A stretch of DNA of 60,641 bases, filler included, from Platydemus manokwari (GCA_037951405.1; 5 parts of 5 records of this genome joined end to end with filler, not necessarily neighbours in it), one strand, 5' to 3'. Positions 26,751 to 41,340 are shown, counted from the whole stretch's first letter. Numbers and translations: made by a program. Notes: generated by a model not told the origin, from the letters alone.

Positions 26751-29700
26751 CCAAAATCCCCAGTATTTCATAAATAAATTCACGATTTTCTTATTCACAA
26801 TCAAATACATTGCAGACAAAATTCACGTCAAGAATTGAGATACCGAATTTGTGTCTAAGACTGATGAGCTAAATGTATGATTTTCTCAGGACTATTTATA
26901 TCACCTTATAAATGACAATTCTATGAGAGAAATTGAAAATATTTTTATTTTTATTATTATTTAGAAATTGATTTTATTTTCCATTCCGTAGTCTTAAAAA
27001 TTCATTTTATAAATTAAGATAATTTCTAAAATGTTTATGAATTTCCATAGAATTCATTGGATTAATTTTTTAAAATTCTATAGTTAATTACCATGGTAAT
27101 ATTTTGGGATAATGTAATTAATCTGTTTAAACAATTTTTATTTTATAAACCATGTTATTAAATTTAAAAAATATTATCTGATTATTGTTTTTATACCTTT
27201 TTAATAATTTTATTACTGAAAAATTATAAAAATTATTATTAAACTTATACGTATACATTGATATGTAAAGGAAGGACTTGGAATATACATTTGTGAAGGA
27301 CAAACATTTTAAACATGCAAAATAAATATTAATAAGTGAATTATAACTGAATTATTTGTTTCGACTTGATTTGTCTGGCTTTTTAAGGTCTGCATTCCTT
27401 GTACATTATACAGTCCTAGGTATCCTAATCTTCGGGTTCTATCCTCTCCTCATTTTCTTAACATTTTGATAATATGCGTTCAGATTATAATGCAAAACAA
27501 TACCCTAGATAGCAGTTATTAAAAATCAGTACTGAAGTATGCTTTCAAAAAGTCTTTTATCGTAACAGAAAATTAGAAATGTTTATGACATTGGAGAAAA
27601 CATATATAGAAAATATGTAGAGAAAATATGGGTTAGGGTTAGAGAATATTTATAGAAGATAAATAGAAGATGTAAAAGTAAGATATCTACTAAAGTCAAA
27701 TATTTAATAATGTAATTGTAATCACGAAATTACGATTCAAAATAATTTTTTCAATATTTACACTCTAAGTCAATATCTCGATCAAAGAGCAAAATCAATT
27801 ATTAATTCATCATGAGATCAGAACCAAAAAGATACAACACAGTCAGAAACAACAACCATAACAGATTAATCATTAGAATAATCAATCAAAGGTGCGAAAC
27901 AGACCAAAACGATCGACTGATAAAGACTAATAATTAATTGCCATATATAATTCCCGTGAAAGATTATGAGGTAAACACATTAAAAATTCATTAAAATGAA
28001 ACCCAATTCTATTAAATTAATACTAATAAATTCGCAGAATTAAACTGTCCAAAATTGCAGAAAAAATCATCTCTCATAAGAATGAAAATCTGCAAGAATA
28101 AAAATAATCTTTTGGATTATTCCTTGACAGCTAATCAGTAAAGTAACAACTATATGAATCCTGACTGACAGTAAACATGATCTACAATTTAAAAATCACT
28201 AGTAGATGAAGGAAAATCTATTCACTTACTGTATTGCAAAACAAAATTAATCTCAAATCCACTGCCAACTGTGTATGCCAGTATGAGCAGGACGTTTCAA
28301 ACGATAGTTTGTAACGATCTACCACAATAATCCAGGTAAAATTATCATTATAATATAACTCCTAATTAAGTCATTTATTTCATATTTACAACAACTCTTT
28401 GGTCGTAGTTATTATTATTTCAATCTTATTTTTTCTGGAAATATCAAGTGAATCTTCTATATATGAAAATTGATTGTGTTGCTATTGTTCATGATCATAG
28501 TATGTTATTGTAACAATTATTTTAATCTTGGTTCATCTAGTTAATATTGATTTAATTAATTTTATATCCTAACGTATCATTATTTCTGAACAAGTATTGC
28601 AATCCTCTACTATTTAATAAAGTACGAAATGGAAGCTCACTGGATACTCAGTACACCAAATTATATTGGAACTACAATTATTTAAACAAATTCCTATTTT
28701 CCACTTTATTTAAATCTTTGATTTTCAATGTACCCTAACCCTATCATATTCTCTAATTATTTATCTATTTCGTCTCTCTGCTTTGTATTTGCCTTATATC
28801 TTCTCTATGTCTTCACTTCATCGTTTATATATAATCATCCTTCTCTATAATATTTTCATGTCAATGAATTGACTTCAAATGTGTTTTTGCCTTGTAAGCA
28901 TCTACTAAATGATAAATCACGAAGTAGAAACTAATTAATATAGAACATCAAATTATATTCAATCCACAATTATTTGAAACAATTAATATTTTATAAAAAT
29001 TTGATTTTAAAAGCTTTCAAATTTCAATTCACTTAAAAATTCTCACAAACATCATTCATTATCCAAGCGCGTTTTGTATTTTATTTTATAAATTAGGTAA
29101 TTTAATCTTAATATTTGAAATAGTTCTTAAAAGTGTTATATCATCGTTAAATAAAGTATTTCTGAAACTCGGTATAATATAAAACTTAGTTGCGTATAAT
29201 ATGTCTATGGCGTACAAATGTTAGTCGCGGTACAGTTAAAGGCTAAGCGAAGAAGCCATTAAACTAAGAGTAGATCTATTAAGAAGTAGATAAGGTTACA
29301 TATTAAGTATACTGGATCATTTTAAATGAAAAATAAATAAATTACAAAAACATAGATGTCAGAAATTAGCATGTAAATTAAGGAAAATAAGGATAAAAGA
29401 AGATATTCGATCATAGGTACCTCTAATGATCTCTAAATATTTAATTAAAAAGTGAATTATCATAAATGACACACCTTGATTCAAAAATAAAATTTTACCG
29501 TCAAATATTGATTATTTAAACAAAACGAATAATATCCAAAAAATTAAAAAATGCTTACTCTCCTGGTCAAAATAATAATTTACGAACATTTATATGAATA
29601 ACCTTAATTTGTACGAAATAAATTTAATTGAAAATAATACATCATTTGTTTTCATTTTACGACAATAAGTTTCGTGGAAATTGAAAATATTTGTTTATTT

Positions 29701-31302
29701 CAAAATATTGATTACTATAAAGGAATGATGGAGCTTTAAATAATCAACTAAAAAGTCTCTATTCCATCTTTGTTGGTCAGGATTGGTTAATTCCTATGTG
29801 TGTATTGGTATAGATCAACTGTTTTACTCATAATATTTATGTACAAAATATCGAAACAAGATTTAAAAGATGCTAAAATAGTTTTTGTTTGTGATATTCA
29901 TCTCTACTGAACACTCATTAAAGTAAAAGTTCACTAAGATTAGTTAAAGATTTGCTAGGTTTATATTAAATTGAGTCAGAAGGATTTTATATCTTTAGCA
30001 TAATTATCTGGACTTTAACAGATAAAAGTTGTTGCTGGTGATAATCACCAAATAATATTAACAATACTATTTAAAATATAAATACTGATTATATAACAAA
30101 CAATAGCAAATTGGAACAAGACAATAAAACATGTTTTATTAATTTAGATATAAATTTAGACAACTAGTAAATAAATAAAACCTCAGCTGTGGACGTAAGG
30201 CAGCCTCAAGAATGTGCCATCTATGCGATTGGATAAGTCGCTCAATAAAAAATAAAGAAGTGGAACCAAGTCTGAGCTACTTATTGAATTTTAAAATTCC
30301 ACAAATCTATTAACAGTCCCAGGTCTGCAGTTAATTATGTCAAAAAATTTATTCATCATGGATTTTTAAGATATCTTCAGAATAATTGAAATAAAGTAAT
30401 TTCATTTTTTAATTTAAAAAACCGCAATAAATTAAAATTAAATGTATTTTCAAAATTATTTTTATGAAATTTACAAATATATTGATGTCCTTGAATTGTT
30501 TTAACTAGTAAAATTAATTATAAAATTTTTTGATTGGTACTATTTATTGAGTAGTATTGAATCAAAATTTATATTTATATTGCTTGTATGAGGTAAGATT
30601 ATCCATTTTTACATTTTCAAGACAACTGTAAATTACTTTAATTATCGTTATTCATATAAAAAAGGATAATTTGAGAATTCATATAATTCTTAAGTAATTA
30701 TTGTAATTGATTTAAGTAATAACATGGTAATCAAAAATAAAATCTATGTTAATACAGTAATGGAGTTTCGTAAATTAAATTCATAATTTGAAGTCTGAAA
30801 TATTTCTCGATAAAATAATTTATATATGAATTCTCGTTATGGGCTTCTATTAATTACAATTTCGTTATGTAGATAATGTTAGATATTCTCGAAGAGACTT
30901 GCAATGAATTTGATAAAAGATTTTTAAAGTTTATTGGTTCATCAAAGACGATTGAAATTGAAAACATCTTGCAATGGTTCCATTGTGAAAAGTAATTTTT
31001 GAATACGAAAATAAAAACACAATGACACAATTTTGATATCCATTTTTAATGTCTTCTTATTTTAGACATTCAATTATTGATTTTCAAAATTTTGATGAAC
31101 TTTTCAATGCATTTTTTATTGGCGAAAAATCATGTTACCGAAATGATATAAAATTATGTTTCGATTATTTTGATAAAAATAAGGTATTGATTATATTTGA
31201 TTATATTTGACTATATTTGATTATATTTAGTTATAATTATTATAATCATATTTTCATTTAGATTTAATTTTAATAATATTATAAAATATATAATATTTAT
31301 AA

Positions 31303-31303
<1 letters not shown>

Positions 31304-31364
<61 letters not shown>

Positions 31365-31383
31365 TAATAATAATATAATATAA
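31304..31383. repeat. (AAT)n microsatellite (others at ~31912-31946 and ~44310-44378)
   Basis: Direct reading. Confidence 0.95.
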
Positions 31384-31909
31384 TCACATCAAAAAGGACA
31401 AAAAATCATTTAAAATGCTAATTAAAATGGTTATTAGATTTAAATCGAATTTTCCCCTCATAAAAACAGATACTCGAGTCGTCAACGAGTGACTTTCGAC
31501 GACAAGCGATGGCGCTACACGGGATTCGGAAAAAAATCTGGTGGATTTCTGGTAACCGCAAAACTATTTAAAATTATAAATTAAAATTTAAATCAAAATT
31601 AAGTTTTGGCCGACTAAATAATTAAAGTTTTCTATTTTTGTTGTTATCATTTTTTGTAATTATCGGTCGCTGACAATTTGTCAGTATATTAGTAATTTAT
31701 AATCTGGTATTATAATATTGTGATTATTATTTTATAAATATTAGTCACCGTCTTCTGATTATTGTTTTGATCAATATGGTATGGATATTAATAGTGGTGA
31801 TCATTATTTTTTCAGTATTGGTTACTGTCAAATTATCAGTATCGTTGGTATTGGTCACTGATTATTTGTCAGTAATATATTACCAGTATCTGAATAATGA
31901 TATTAAATA

Positions 31910-31948
<39 letters not shown>

Positions 31949-34142
31949 TGAATATTTCTATTAAATATTCAATATTTGTAAGTAATATACCGTAGATAAC
32001 AAACCATTGTGCCAGTTCTATATTTAACATTAGCTACCTTTAAATTGTTAATATTTAAGCTAAGCAACATATCCAGATGAAATTACCATTTATTTATTCA
32101 ATATATTGCAAATTTCTGTCAAACTTGTCGGTGTGGATAAGCATGAATAAATGTCATTTTATTGATAACAGCAAGCCATTTATTTTTTACTGTAATTGAA
32201 AATTATATTGAAAATATTTTTGTTATAATATTTACTTTTGCTCTCCCTCGAATCGTAATTTGTTACTACTCATCAAATATTTAATAATTTTTAATTTAAT
32301 TTATATAAAAATATCTCTTCAATGAACTATGTTTTGATTGGATGTCTACTACTTGTAGTTATGGTTACGGTTGGTATGCAGGTCAATTATAGCAAATATT
32401 AATCCAGAATCGGTTGCTGGATCATTTGTGTCGCTGCTACATTCAGCAAATCATTAAGTATCTTATTTCAATCATGAATGAAAATAATTAGGATTTTTTT
32501 TTCATTTTAGATTATAGTTTATTTAATTCTATATATTTCACTTTATCTCATGATTGGGCCAATCTTTAGATTATTATATAAGTTTTATAAGTCTGAGTTT
32601 GATATTTTCAGGCAATTAAAAATGTTGGCTAAATTTAAAATAGGGTCCTGAAATAAAAATTTCAATTTGTAGAGTGTATTGCAAAAATCTATATAGTTTA
32701 TTTAATTAAAGTTCTTTAAAAAACATGTTGAATTTTTTATTTAAGTACTTGACAAAAGTTTTAGTTGTTCATAATATTTGAAAAACAGGTCAAAGTAGGT
32801 CAAGTGCTATTAATTGGAAATTAACGACGACCAATTTATCCACATTAGAAGCAAATAGATGATATCTTATATTTTTGTATAAAAAAGGAATTTGGAAATC
32901 ATTGAAGAGTGCTAGGAACTAGGTACTTGTGTTTAATCTCAAAATAAGCATATATTTAATAGATTGGATAAATAGATCCAAAACCTGTCAAGTTGTAATG
33001 AAATTAAAATTTCTCCTAAATCAAATAAAAAATACAGGTGGAGATGCCACAAATGTATAAGAAGCTTCAGAATTCGAATAAGGGCTTGGTTCAGCAATGC
33101 GGCCTTGTCCTTTATCGACATTCTAGATAAGGTATTTGTGGTGCACGGGTCTCATACACAAAGTGTATAAGCAAAGTGATCTCCATAAGCAAGCCAACAC
33201 TCAATAAATGTTGACAAATTTTATTGAAATAAAACTAAGAATTTAAAATTATTTATTAAAGTACTAAATTTGTAGATGGGGGTTTATTTAGGAGGGGCCA
33301 AATTTAATAGTGGATGTCGAAGACGCTGTATTTTGGTTTTTGAAATACTAGAGAGATATAGTAAGAAAGAATTGCTTCTTATTTTTAGTCCGCAATCAAA
33401 GTGTGTTTACTCTAAAAGCAATAAATACAAGTTAAATATAAATTTTATATTTAAAATGATACCTTTATTTAATTGTAGGTTTGTGAAACCATGATCAATA
33501 ACATATACGAAATGTTTGAATTAGGTTTTCCTTTTTAATCATAAATTGAATCTTATGTAAAAATGTCATTAAATNNNNNNNNNNNNNNNNNNNNNNNNNN
33601 NNNNNNNNNNNNNNNNNNTTAATTAATTAANNNNNNNNNNNNNNNNNNNNNNNNNNNNNNNNNNNNNNNNNNNNATCATGATAGTAATAATAATAACTGT
33701 TTCAAACATAACAATAAAAGTACAATTCATAAAATAAGTTATATTTTATCTTATCTAAGGGAGACAAAATAAATCAGATAACAAATAAACAAAAATAGTA
33801 ACATAAGAAATCTATTATATTTGAATTTTATCAGATGAATAAAACAAATATTCATACAAATCAACAATAGAAATAAATTTAGTAACAGCCATAGCGCTGT
33901 ACAAATGTATGGAATAAAATAATAATTTCAAAGAATAAAAATGGCGCCAGCTATAGAAACGGCACCATAGAAAAATACTATATAAGCACAGTGGAAAATA
34001 TAGCATTCACCCATCATAAAAAGTGATTTACAAGTGAACCAGCTCACAGGCGAAATCACAGAAGCTCATTACAGAACACGTGAATAATCATCTGAAGACC
34101 ACTCAACGATTTCATTTTCCAGCCATATTCGTAAGATTATTT

Positions 34143-34356
34143 TGTTACCATAGCGTAACTATTCAGTAATTAATTATAACTCTTGGGTGTCGTCTCCTCT
34201 TAATCTCCTTCCGGTACTCGGTATTTGGAGTATCAAGTAGTTATTTGCTTGCGCAGTGTACCATGAATTTTGGTAAATTTGTTTTTGCTATTTTTTCGTG
34301 TTACCTTGTTTTCGTTTTCATAAATAAATAATTTAATAATAACTATTGTGTTACCA
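34143..34356 (+). mobile_element. Solo LTR (214 bp) with 5-bp target-site duplication TATTT
   Basis: Begins TGTT and ends CA. TATTT at 34138-34142 and 34357-34361. AATAAA near the 3' end, and GC higher than the flanks. Confidence 0.6.
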
Positions 34357-37285
34357 TATTTAGTAAATAGGGGTTTTTAATATCGTTTTATTATTACAGA
34401 TTTCACTGGTGTCAATGGGATATTGCGAATCCTTGTTGCCACAGCTAATAGTATTTCGGGTTATCATTTTAAACCTTTGATCAGTCTATTTTCCGATAGC
34501 TTCGTCTCCATACGAGCTATTGAAGCCCTCAATAGGACCAGCTAAAATTGTCAACCCATAACCACATATATTCATTAATAATTAAAACAAGAAAATACCG
34601 ATGATAAAGTTATATTGAACTAAACTAAAAGAAATTCAGAATTGAAGTATAAATTTTATTCAACCAAATATAATCAAATATAAATATCAATTTAAATTAA
34701 CCACAAAAGGAAATTGAAATTTATATAAATGAAATGATAATGAATAAATAATTATTATATTTCTATAGATAACAATAGTAATTATTTTTCAATCTTCTTG
34801 TGACTTTTATTTTGTTATAATTCACGACTCTAGCGTGATAATATTTATCAAATGGAAATCTAAATGATGATGAGCTAAAATCTAAAAGATCAAACCATAA
34901 TATTAAATAAAAATAATAAAAGCACTAAGTAGCACATGATTGAATGCACATGGATATGGAGGCAAAATTCCCTTTGTTCACAAAAAGATTTTTATCACAA
35001 TATAGAAACTCGATATCATTAAATATTTCACAACAAATTGCACACGATAATCATTTGCAACATCAGAATAAGAAATTTTCCGAGTTTAAATAAAACTGTT
35101 GAGAGGACAATTAAAGATTTAATTAAATTTAAAATGGAACAAATTTTAAATAGCAGTGACGTGAGCCGATAATTTTTTTTTTTATAAAACCATTTAAAAT
35201 AACTCAAGTCACGACTCCAATTATTCTAGTAAATTAATATTTTATAAAAATCTGATTTGAAAATTTTTCAAATTTCAATTCATTATAAATCCTCACAGAC
35301 GATATAAAGGAACATTCATTCTCAACCTCGAGGAGGGTGTCTTCTCCAACATTAGGTTGTCATTAATATTCAGTTGTGTATATCTATATGTAACAATCTA
35401 AAATAAATCATTTTATTTGCATTATTGTGTTGTATTGGCTTGGTTCTGTTGCTATTTTTATAACGTAGAAGTATTGTCAATACTATTTGAATTCAATCGC
35501 AATCTATGTCCAAAACAATCGAAATAAGTTTTTCAAATATTGATCATCAATCGTTCCTCTCTGGTTTTCATTTAGGCCAATGGAAATATTTGAATTGAAG
35601 GAAAAAGATATTCAATTCTGCAATGACCCACTAATTCTAAAATATTGCCATTTTTTTCTATTTAATATATTATAAGAAAAATTATTCCAAATATATGACT
35701 GTAGAATCAATTCATTATTCCTTGGCTTAATGGCAAGATTTGGAATTTATAGCTGGAAAAAAGCACTTAATAATTCATGAAATGATTAACTAATTTGACC
35801 TCTGTTGGTTTTCCAGTCGCATTAAGTTATATATGTTCAAAGTGATTCACGATAAATAAAATTCAAGTTGATAGTGAAGTTTTTATTCAACCAGCATTTA
35901 AATACAAAATTATTTTTAGGTTTCATTTTTATTCTGTCGATAAACTTCATCCATTTATTGATTTTTTAAATCCATGTAAATATTCAAGATTATTTTATTT
36001 ATTTATAATATTTATTAGTGTTATATGAACGTCCTCTATTTTATTGTTATTTGGTAATAAACATATATGTTTGTTCCTATTGTTTAACGATTATTAATAA
36101 TCAAGTACACTTCAAATAGATCGAAGTATTAATAAATGTGAAGCGTTCTCAAATTACAAAGAAACATTTGTTTGAAGCTGTTGAATAATGTCGATTGTGG
36201 AAAAAACACATTTCACAGTGTTACCAGTTTAATAAATTATTTTAAACAAAATTTAAGAGCTGTCACTCAATGCCAAGAAATAAAATGAATACCTTTACTG
36301 CTTAACTGGGTGTATTCAGAGATTGAGATAGAGAAGAAATGTAAATATTTCGATGATATAATTTTCGTGATATGACAAATTGAGAATGCTTTCTTGGTCA
36401 ACTGAATCAACTGTCTATCTTACGATAGAAAGAGCTTTTCTTTACAAATGTAGCCTATTTTAAGACCAATCCACTTGAAATTAAATAGAATCATTCTTGA
36501 TTTTGTGCTCACTGAATTTGCACTTATAATAATAATAATAATAATTATTATTATTATTATTATTATTGCCAAGTTATTTTTGTAAATATACTGTTTACTT
36601 AAAGCCGAGAAGACATAAAAATATTTAATTCCATAAATCAGCTAAGGATAATTCAATAACCAGACATCATTAAAAGATATATTTATCTGAGATAGGTAAA
36701 TCTAAATTCATGATTCTGATGAATAGAAATGACTTGCTGACATTAGCAAAGGAACGATTAATAACCACTCTCTACCCATAATCCCACATAGGCTCAGTAA
36801 TTGGGTCAGTAAAATATTTATCTAAAATATTTGATCTCGGTATAACACTAAATGGGTTGCAAAATTAAGCATTAGTCGATTCTGATAGAAACATTTGTTC
36901 GTTAATTTACATATTTCACGAAAATACTTATTACATTCATCAAAAAAATTATTGGAAATACATTCAAAAATAATTTTTACTAAGTGGATCACTCCACGTA
37001 TTTATCGTTGCGAAGTTTCTTGATTCGAGATACCTTCTATTAACGATGAGTGAAATAGGCATAGAAACCCGTATATCAATATATTCTCGAATAAAGTAAC
37101 AGATCATCATAATAATTATTTACCATTTATAAAATCATATATATATATATATATTCATAAAGTTGTTGCGCTTAATGAGTTGAAACTTTTACAAACAGGA
37201 CACATCAGTTACATTTCCATAACCGACAAAATTTTATTTAACAGAAACACTAAATAAAATCGAATATTTTTATTTCAAAAACGAC

Positions 37286-38917
37286 TTATCGTTGATTATA
37301 TTTACAAGAAAGAATCCTGAAAAAAGTTTCCTTTATTTGAGTATTGGCTAAAGCATAACAAAATGGATTCAGAGGACTGTTTATATAACAAAGCCAATAA
37401 GCTAGACGGTATATGTATTTGTTAATGCAAGTTTGTTTCAGTTCATGGTCATCACAGGCTGCCTTGATTAAGATGACGATATGGAAAGGAGTCCAACATA
37501 CAATGAAAGCACCCAGAATTAGACTAATCGTTTTTAATGCTTTCACTGCTCTATTTCTGTTCTGCGCGATGTTACCTTGAACACTATTGGTTTTCTGAAT
37601 GACTCCGTAAAATTTCTTTGCTACTTTTTGTAGTGGAGATCTTAATGTGAAAGATGTTGCCTTCTCACGATTGTCAGAAACGAGAAACGTTGTTGATTTT
37701 CCCATCTTAGATTCACCGGCCGACCTCTGTTTCCATATCGGCGATGAACTAGCTATTAAACATTCTCCTCCACTATTGAATCGGTTTACGTGAAGATTGA
37801 AAGACGATTCCAAATTGTCAACGTCAATAAATTCGAATCCTGGAATTTCACAACAACTATGATGATGAGTTCGAAATAAACTTGAGTGATCTCTATGAAT
37901 ATTGCAGAAACAATGATGATGAGATTCATTGACATTATATTCTAAAGGAGTTTGGAATGAAATCGATTTATTTATCGATCCGTTGTAGTGTCGATGGGGA
38001 TAATCGATGGTTGAATGCCTTAGATTTTCATCCGAGATCAAAGGAGATTCTACATTTGGAAGTTGACCGGAATAAAGTATAAAGCAACTTGAATGGGATT
38101 GGCGTAAGCTTGCAGATTCATAATCGATTATTTTGTAGGAACTGGAGTAATTTTGCTCTTCTTTGCCTTCATATAAGCGGATTTCTTTTTTCTCAGTGAT
38201 AGTCGTAGGATTTGCCTGTCTATTAGCTAGTGAAATAAGAAAGAAATTATTTACTCGAGCTTTCCGAGCATCAGATCGTTTTTGCAAATTCAGTGCAACT
38301 CTATATATTCCTATATATAGAGCTATCATCACAACCAGAGTGACCCAGAAGTAGCAGACTGTTAATATTGTGATAAAGACAGGCTTGATAGAAAATTCTG
38401 CATAACATTCATTCATTTCTCTTTGTCGACCGACGACATATGGCCAGCTCATTATTATTGTGTAAAACATGATTGAAGGTACTACCCAGGTAAGAAATAT
38501 CATCAATACTGTTATTTTGTCGTTTCTCCATTTCAGGTATCGCATTGGTATTTTTATGGAACAGAACCTATCAACTGTGATAAGAAACACAGTATATTGT
38601 GACGTGAGACAGGCCGTATAATCCATAGACAGCCATAAATCACATAACAATTGACTTAGAGGCCAAAATCCGAGAACAATATAAAGAGTATAAAGATTCA
38701 TTGAGAAGAGACCAATAAGCAGATCTGACACTGCCAATGACGCAATAAAGTAATTCGAAGAAACTCGTAGAGCAGGCTCCAAATAGAAAGAACACAGAAC
38801 CAAGATATTTCCCCCAATCGTTACAACGCTGAGAGTAATTGAGAGACTCAGAATAATTATGGATTCAAAAACTGTTGGTGGCTGATCTTCAAATCTGTTG
38901 ATGATCGATTGGTTCAT
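37286..38917 (-). CDS. Muscarinic acetylcholine receptor, B-type/GAR-2-like (class A GPCR), uninterrupted ORF
   Basis: Seven TM segments. GNILV (TM1), SNYFIASLAVSDL (TM2), CDLWLSMDY with Asp3.32, DRF, CWTP (TM6), YWLCYINSPLNPFCYAL (TM7), and a long ICL3. The TM3 sequence DYTACLTSQYTV is the B-type pattern rather than A-type DYVxSNASVMNL. Confidence 0.93.
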   Translation of the reverse strand: MNQSIINRFEDQPPTVFESIIILSLSITLSVVTIGGNILVLCSFYLEPALRVSSNYFIASLAVSDLLIGLFSMNLYTLYIVLGFWPLSQLLCDLWLSMDYTACLTSQYTVFLITVDRFCSIKIPMRYLKWRNDKITVLMIFLTWVVPSIMFYTIIMSWPYVVGRQREMNECYAEFSIKPVFITILTVCYFWVTLVVMIALYIGIYRVALNLQKRSDARKARVNNFFLISLANRQANPTTITEKKEIRLYEGKEEQNYSSSYKIIDYESASLRQSHSSCFILYSGQLPNVESPLISDENLRHSTIDYPHRHYNGSINKSISFQTPLEYNVNESHHHCFCNIHRDHSSLFRTHHHSCCEIPGFEFIDVDNLESSFNLHVNRFNSGGECLIASSSPIWKQRSAGESKMGKSTTFLVSDNREKATSFTLRSPLQKVAKKFYGVIQKTNSVQGNIAQNRNRAVKALKTISLILGAFIVCWTPFHIVILIKAACDDHELKQTCINKYIYRLAYWLCYINSPLNPFCYALANTQIKETFFRILSCKYNQR

Positions 38918-41054
38918 TTTTGGAATCGATCTAAAAACCGACTATTAGTAATCGCATAAAATATCTGTCAAGTTTGAATATCCTAGTTCTGTACTTTTTG
39001 TCCATGTGCTATTTAAGCAGTAATAGACCAGCAATAATCAAACCGATTTGTTTAAGCTAATAGCCATTTTTTGTTTTGATTGAGACTTCGTATGGATTAC
39101 ATATTTGAATAAATATTATAGTTAACAACTATACAACAAAAGGTGAACTTCTGATATATTTTGTGAATCACAGAATCTGTGTGGAGTTATGAATGTTTTT
39201 TGAGGAAGTTCGAGATTCTTGTTAGGCTGAGTTATTTGATATTATTGAGGATTATTGATTTAACACATCTAGTTACAGTTACTTGTTAGTTAATTATTGA
39301 TTGTTTGATCGATTCTGATAAATTCGATGTTTTTCCTTTGATTTATCGATTTTTAAAATCATTGCTGGTGTAGATTCCAAAATAATTTCATTTTTATATA
39401 TCCTTGTTGAATATCTTACGTTATTTTATAATGGTGCTATCAATCGGACTAAAATCTTTAACGAAGGAATAATAAATAAATAAATCAATCAAAAGAAATA
39501 ATTTTTGTGATGATTTAGTCATTATGCTATTTCATCAGGTAATCTAATGATATACCGATTTCATAGTCCGAATTCAATAAATATTCACCGGTAGCTATTC
39601 TATTGTATAGCACACCTCGTTTATAACTTTTTTGTGCTTTAACATCGAAGTAATAGCTATTAATAAGATAAATGAATTGAATTTATTATTGCTATTATTT
39701 CCATGAATGTCATTAGCAGAGCATCATACGGATGAATAATTAATCTCAACGAACAGATCCAAAAAACAATTACAGTAGCACAGATTTGAAATTTGCAAAA
39801 AAAATATAACTGTCATACCTGTCAGTTTAAAATTTGTTACCATGGCAATATTACTGGGATCGGAAATTATTTTAAATTAAGGTTAAGAAATTAATCTGAG
39901 GTAAAGAGGTATAACTAGCATTCAAATATGTCTCCATGACCAAATCAATTTTTGAGAAACAATTGTAATTCATTAACAGTTTATAGTTAGCCAACTGTAT
40001 TGCTTTAAGTAGGTGTGTTGTATTGGTTATTTGAGAGCATTCAATTACGTGATTTCAGTAAATTTAAATCAACATGATATTCCCAAAGATTCAAACCGCT
40101 AATGATTTATGAGCAGTTAGAGACCGATAATTGGTGCTTCCACCCAAAATCTGACTACTTACAGAAAATTATGTGTGTAATACTTTGTCGAATTAGGAAC
40201 AATAAACAAGATGATTGATATATTCAATATAATAACAGTGTCAACAATTGTGTAATGCATAAAGTTAAAAGATAGCAGTATAATGACCGCAAGAATGAAA
40301 AAAAATCGCGGAGAGAGCTAATTGGTGCCATACCTCAATGTAAAACTGAAGAAGCTTTTGATTTTATGCAGCAACAAATTCTGTTTAGACACTGTGGAGT
40401 TGTTATAATTAATGTTTCACAATCGAATCTCCCCTGTCGGAGATCGATGCAAATAAATAAACAAAGTTGATAATAAAATTTACCATTTGCAAAATAGAGA
40501 TTGAATTGATTCTAATGAATGAGTGAAAATCTTCTTGAGAAATTAATAAGTCCTACTTGCGAATGTAATAATAAGAATTCCGTGACCACTGCAATAACTG
40601 TTTGTATTTATGGACACGTATCCGATTTATCACGAGAAAATATTGTACCATTGAACTGAGAAATGCTTTAGTTTATATACCATTTTTGATTGTGGTCGGT
40701 GGTGGTATTGATCAATCATTTAATATTTCCCATGGCGAATTTCTTAAGTTGCCACAAATTTGAATTTGAAATATCCTAACCTACTAACCTACTATTTCCA
40801 TGGCAACGTAAATCAGTCATGGTAAATAAATTTTTCCATGAAATTTTATTCTGATTTCTGTCACCAACAATCTGTTTTATTTTATATTTATAATTATTTA
40901 TAACTATGTTTTATGTTTATTATGAGTTTGCGTGTGTCCAAAATTATTAGTAAGCTATGAGTGTGCAATTTTGGTATCCGTGCAGCCCAATAAAAATTTT
41001 AAAGAACATTATTAACAAAACTAGATATATCTGTAAAACAAGATTGATTGTATG

Positions 41055-41340
41055 AGTTTGATTTATCAAAACCTTCTGACTGAATGTCGATCAAATAATA
41101 TGGAATAAATAAAAATCATTTTGACTATCCATTCATAAAAGTAACACCATTTTGTTTCAAATAACTCATTTCGGTTTAACGATGGATAATTATATATTTA
41201 GTTAGTGTGACATATTTTTGCTTAAACTAGCGTATTTTGATCAGATAACAATTTACCTCCACGGGCTTGTTTTACGAAATGATCAAAAATGATCAGATTT
41301 CATTTCGTGATAGATCTGCATGACGATGATTTCATTTGCG
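41055..41340 (+). mobile_element. Degenerate non-LTR reverse transcriptase fragment
   Basis: FDLSKPSD*/VDQIIWNK* resembles DLSKAFDxVDHxILxxKL. A later LHDDD resembles YADD. Frameshifted. Confidence 0.4.

Noticed and set aside
27629-28745. GGGTTAGGGTTAG and ACCCTAACCCT telomere-like motifs in inverted orientation
   Set aside because: Only two units each; not a telomeric array, and element boundaries could not be defined.
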